DNA of 63,921 bases, counting the filler, from Globobulimina sp. (taxonomy: Eukaryota): the NCBI GenBank assembly GCA_003354225.1. It is 37 parts of 37 records of this genome, joined end to end, with 100 filler letters (N's around TTAATTAATTAA, not from the genome) between each part and the next. Parts side by side here need not be neighbours in the genome. Positions count along the whole stretch, not along the records: positions 58,835 to 60,463 come from PIVH01013888.1; positions 60,564 to 62,192 come from PIVH01013889.1; positions 62,293 to 63,921 come from PIVH01013890.1; 34 more parts are not named here. The stretch is one strand, 5' to 3'. Of this stretch, positions 58,835-63,921 are shown in pieces; positions within the stretch are counted from its first letter, which is position 1; every line of letters begins with the position of its first letter. The notes beneath the pieces are model-generated. The model saw only the letters and a program-made list of their open reading frames with translations. It was not told the origin of the DNA and searched no databases. The translations under genes were made by a program, and so were the position numbers.

Positions 58835-60463
58835 ATGTGGTTGTAATTCTGGCGAAGTTGGTGGCAGCGCCGACATTTGATGTGACGTCGACTGATTCTG
58901 TGCTGGTTGTTGTGGACTCTGCGTCGATGATGGCACATATAAATTATTTTTTGCGTGAATTTGTTGAATGTGTTGGTTGCTTAAGTTTGCTATTTGCTCC
59001 TTCCACAATGACAAGCGAGGAGCCCTCACAGCGCGCGAGTTTTTGCGTCGCGGTCGCTGCCCCCATTGCATTCTGCCACTCCCAGTCGGTGTATATCCGC
59101 CAAACTGCGAGACGGAGATTGGTGAGGCTACGCCAGCGGGCAACTGCCTATTTTCAGGGATTGTATCTCTCGATACAGATAATACATCGTTTAAGGTGAA
59201 CATTTTAGATAATCTCTGTTGATCTGATACTTTATCAATACCACTTATACCAATGCCAGCAGGTGGTGTCGGGTGTGAATTTGCGCGCGATCTGCTAGAT
59301 TTAGGTGGTATTAATACATCGGGTGTGGATGCTGCGCCTTGATTCACTTTATTTTTGCCAGGGATCATAGTGATGTCAGGATAACTAAACATTTGTGGCT
59401 GCATTTGCATGGCATTGGCACGTCCGTATGGTGTATAAGGCTGTTGCTGCTGCATCATATTCATCATAGTGTATGGGTTCATTAACGGATTCTGATTCGT
59501 CGGAATAAAACCTAATGCAAAAGGGTTATTCGAGTTGAATTGTTGTAATGGTCCAGGCCAATCACCCAATGAATCATCAATGTCAATCTGTAGCGTATAT
59601 GTGTTGGATATGGGTGATGTGCCAAATGTCGCTGCTATCTCAAAATGTTCGTTATCTACAAGACATTGCTCAATATCTATCATCATGTACAAAACAACAA
59701 AATTGAATATGTATCAGTTTAAAACTATAAAAATATACAACATACCAGCAATTAACGCCGCTTGTTCTAACTCATTGAAATAGGAATTATCCAAATTAAA
59801 CTCATCCGGGCCATCCGGATCCGTGTCATCCTGCAACAATAACACATTGAACCTATTCATTTGATTTAATAAATCCGAACTGGCCACGCTCATCATAGCC
59901 ATACTATTTAATGCCACATTATCCCGCCGATCACCCCGCACTCCGCCACCCGGTTTGCCGTCCCCTTTATGCGGCGTTATGCTCCACAATATAATCAATC
60001 GATACTTTGGCGCCTCATCAATCTCCAACTCATCCTCGGCATCCTCCTCCTCCTCACTTATTACACTGTATTCACTCAAACTATCCGTCTCATCAAAGCT
60101 ACCAACACTGTCGGTATCCTCCTCGCTACTTTTCTCAATCACACTGTCATTGCCATCTGTCTCTTTCTCCTTTTCTCCATTCTCCTTTTCTTCAGTCTCA
60201 GTTACATTTGCATCCATACTCTCTTTATTCGTATCATTTTCCTGTTTCTTGGCCTCTTCCTCCTTTTTTTGCAGTTGCTGCTCCAGTTTCAGCCGTCTTT
60301 CCTCTCGCTTTATTTTCCTTTTTTCCTTTTTAATTTGTAACCGTTGCTGTTTGGCCTGTTCTTTCATTCGTTTCTTGACCTCTTTACGTCTTTTTTTACG
60401 TTCACTTTGTTGCTTTTTGTCAGCTTTTTCTTGCTGTAATTGCGTTAATTTGGTGATATATTG
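58835..60463 (-). CDS. Multi-exon protein with coiled-coil/acidic and Pro/Gln-rich regions, partial
   Basis: ORFs 59714-60367 and 58835-59692 can be joined by a short GT-AG intron. Confidence 0.6.
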
Positions 60464-61092
60464 NNNNNNNNNNNNNNNNNNNNNNNNNNNNNNNNNNNNN
60501 NNNNNNNTTAATTAATTAANNNNNNNNNNNNNNNNNNNNNNNNNNNNNNNNNNNNNNNNNNNNCAAATAGATTGGGAAATGATTAATGCATTGCCAACTC
60601 CACAAATGCTTAAACATACAGATGAATAAACATAATCTGTCACTATTCAAGATTCAATAGTAATGATACAACCATCGCGTTAATGATCAAGAATCACAAG
60701 AATCAATCAAAAGATATAAATCTGTATTTTTCTGTTTTTGTATGCGTACAGCAATACTGTTACATGTACAGAGAGGGCTTTTGTTACATGTACAGCAATA
60801 CTGTTACAAAGTTGTACATATTGTAGAAGAGGGCTGATGCTTTTCAAAGTTTTACAACGTTTACGGCCCTTTTAAAGTAAATGAAAACATACGACCAAGG
60901 CGCTCCGTTAAACTTTAAGCAAATTTAATCTACGCATAGATTTTATTCATCTAAAACAAACTAGCAATTATTATTTATTATTTAATATACACACAAGCAC
61001 AAACACTAATATTTATGGTACAGTATATATGTTTATTTATATTATGTCTAAAGAGTGCAAAAAATAATTACGTTTTTTAATATTACTCGAAA

Positions 61093-62016
61093 TCAATGAT
61101 CTAAAAGTGGTAAATGCACATCATTGCTATTATTTACATCTTCAGCTAACTCTGATTGTGCATTATTATCTCGCTCATCGCACATTGCCGTTAAAATACT
61201 ATAATGACTACACAAAGCCAACCATATAATATTAATTTCATCCTTTTCATCATCACTTTTATGCACATTCATATCTGGATGATGCAGCAACGCATAGCGA
61301 TGATATCTTCGGGTTATTTCCTTTTTATTATATATTTTCTCATTTTGAATAATAGAGACATCACTTCCAAACTGAAAGAAATGCAAAGCAGTTTCCTTCA
61401 TTTCAAGATAGTGATCAATGCGGTCGTTATTTTCCTGTATACATGAAATTAATTAATGTTTCTGTTACTGTCTACTTACTGTATATATATACAAAAAACA
61501 TGCACAAATAACAAATAACCAGCACATAACTTTAGATTCCCAGACTTTATCAAAAATCCAGTTAGCACCGCGTCGCAATACCAACCCAAATAAAATACAT
61601 ACCACAATACCGACCCCTGCGCCGATTGGACCACCCATGACACCGCCAATTGCGCCGCACGCTGCCGTTGTTCCCACAAAACCTCCCATAAAACCCCCAA
61701 ATGCGACAACATGGCCAGCAGTCGATTTGCAAAGTAATCTGCAGAGTTCTAATGGTGTCTCTATTTTGCCATTATAATATCTCCAAAATATTACAGCAAA
61801 TTCAATTCCCAAAGAAAGTGCAGCACCAACACCGCCTCCAAGTAATGCTGTGCGTAAAGTGCTGAGCACAATTTCACCGGACATTTCTGTGATAGATGCC
61901 ATCATTTCAGCAGAATACTGCCAATACGCAGTTGCTTCACCGGCGCTTGCTGTCAACACTGAAGTTAATGTGCCAAACCAATTTTGTATTCTATTAAATT
62001 TTTGAAATCTTTTCAT
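61093..62016 (-). CDS. Gly-zipper membrane protein with C-terminal J-domain, two exons
   Basis: GAIGGVMGGPIGAGVG helices; after splicing (WESK/ENNDR), EITRRYHRYALLHHPD (HPD motif). Confidence 0.75.
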
Positions 62017-62292
62017 TTGAAGTGGTGCGTTTTCCCCATTTTCATATTCATAATTTCGAAAAGAATTTAATATATCATTAATACAAATAATATTCTCATT
62101 ATTAACTTAATATCAAATTGATGGTTCCGTTGAAAAATAGAGTTGTGATAAATATCAAAAAATTTTTTACAAAATATCTGATCGGATTTTGTNNNNNNNN
62201 NNNNNNNNNNNNNNNNNNNNNNNNNNNNNNNNNNNNTTAATTAATTAANNNNNNNNNNNNNNNNNNNNNNNNNNNNNNNNNNNNNNNNNNNN

Positions 62293-63854
62293 TGCTCCCT
62301 CTGTTACACTACTTATCAACCGTTCACTGGCAGAAGGTGTTGTCCCAGAAGAATGGAAATTGGCCATTGTGTCACCTATTCCAAAAGTGAAAAATTCCAC
62401 CAATCCTTCATATTATCGACCAGTTTCACTACTTTGCATTATTTCCAAAATTGCTGAACGTTGTTTTGCAAGAAACCTTGGCCCATTAATTAATGACAAA
62501 TTACCTCAAATGCAGTATGGCTTTAGACAATGTCGGTCGACAGAAGATGCCCTGGGTCTACTTGAACATAAAATACTCAGCTGTTTCAATCAATGTTCTG
62601 GCACTACAAAAGTATGTGGCGTTTTCTTTGATCTATCTAAGGCATTTGGTAAGGTGCCTGTTGGACATCTGCTGACTGTCTTAGAAACAACCTACATGAT
62701 ACCACCAGGAGCCATGCACTGGTTGCGATCTTACCTTACTGAACGTAAACAAGCTGTGCGTGTAAACGGGAATATGTCCAGTGTGCGCAATGTCATCTCA
62801 GGAGTCCCTCAAGTTTCAGTGCTTGGGCCTATGCTGTTTAATGCATATTCAGCTCCTGCCTTATTACTGCAGTTGTCACCTGGTGCTTCATGTATTGCTT
62901 ATGCAGATGATGTAGTGTATGTGAAGAAAGCGGAATTTGGATTTGAACAAGCCGATATTGTCAAAGATGCTAATGCAATTGCCAACTGCTTCACATCCCT
63001 TGGACTACCTATCAATGTTAATAAAACTGTGGCAATGCTATTTTCTTTGTCTAACACAAACGTTCAGTTTGACATTCAGCCATCTTTGTGTGACAAACCA
63101 CTAACTGTTGTTACAACCATCAAATATCTTGGAATCTGGCTTGATCCAAAACTCTCATGGTCCATTCACTCTCATAAAGCTGCAGCAAAGAGTCGCCGAG
63201 CTATTGGGGCCTTTTCCCGACACTGCCGAAATTATGTTCCTAAACCTGTTTTTTGTCATCTTTACAAACAAGTCATTCTACCATCCCTCTTATATGGCCT
63301 CTGTGTTGCCTATCCAGTCAATGTGAATGACTGTAATCGTTATGAACGTGTCCAGCTCTATGCGGCAAGAACGGCCAGCAACTGTTTTAATTTACCACCT
63401 GATGAATTATTATCACAACTCAAATGGAAGTCGATCTCCAAAATTGTCCAAGAAAGAAGATTGATTTTAATACATGACTATCATCATGGCATCCGTTATC
63501 TGCCAGAAGGAATTCTTTTATCTCAAAATGACTTTGTTGGCCGAAATACACGTGCCCGTCAGCAGATTGGAAATGACTTCACTTATGATCGTATGTTCCC
63601 TACTCGAGGTCGTTGTGGGCGTGGTTATTTCATGGATGCTATTGGTCTCTGGAACAATCTGACTAATGATCAAATTGGATTAAATAAACGTGATTTCAAA
63701 CAATTTGTGAAGAGGAAGAGATAGAATGATTTTAGTATTTGTCTTATTGTTTTATAATAGCTAACAATCCTATTTTATATTAGCAGTGCTATATAACAGT
63801 CTGTATAGATTCTTTTAGCACTTTAATAAAGTTTGTCTGTCTGTCTGTCTGTCT
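62293..63854 (+). mobile_element. Non-LTR retrotransposon 3' end (RT ORF2 to 63724, 3' UTR, (TCTG)n tail); CR1/L2-like
   Basis: YRPVSLL, QYGFR, FFDLSKAF, SGVPQ.SVLGP, YADD and KYLGIWLD motifs; AATAAA followed by gtctgtctgtctgtctgtctg. Confidence 0.93.
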
Positions 63855-63921
63855 GACCCCTTTTTTGGATCCCACAATTTCCGGTCAGTTTTTCTGCAGT
63901 TTTTCGACCATAACTGCCTTA

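Noticed and set aside
1633-62292. Regularly spaced TTAATTAATTAA palindrome as a biological repeat array
   Set aside because: It is always embedded in N runs of fixed length, so it is an artificial six-frame-stop linker.

Overview
This window is not one locus. It is 37 unrelated short contigs (1632 bp down to 1629 bp, sorted by length) joined by an artificial 100-bp linker (N44-TTAATTAATTAA-N44), so gene neighbourhood is meaningful only within a contig. Most contigs come from an AT-rich eukaryote with short (~60 bp) GT-AG introns and gene families suggestive of a foraminifer or other rhizarian (inference). Recognisable products include COMMD7, RTRAF, IBA57, IleRS, an ABCG transporter, an HSPA12-like protein, and PPR, SET, SDR, EF-hand, 7TM, J-domain, AlkB-like and PhyH-like proteins. 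A few contigs look metazoan (MITE-rich non-coding DNA, a C2H2 gene, possibly the LINE and Gypsy copies). Two are bacterial: FabF plus a B12 radical SAM, and a Desulfobacterales-like contig with sigma54 promoters. The most unusual signals are an in-frame vWA/actin-like chimera whose junction falls just after the actin D-loop, a cytochrome b561-b5-flavoreductase fusion, a vWA-E2 fusion, two complete non-autonomous DNA transposons readable from their TIRs and TSDs, and an intron flanked by a 12-bp duplication. All calls rest on motif recognition; no searches were run. Several contigs may be chimeric.
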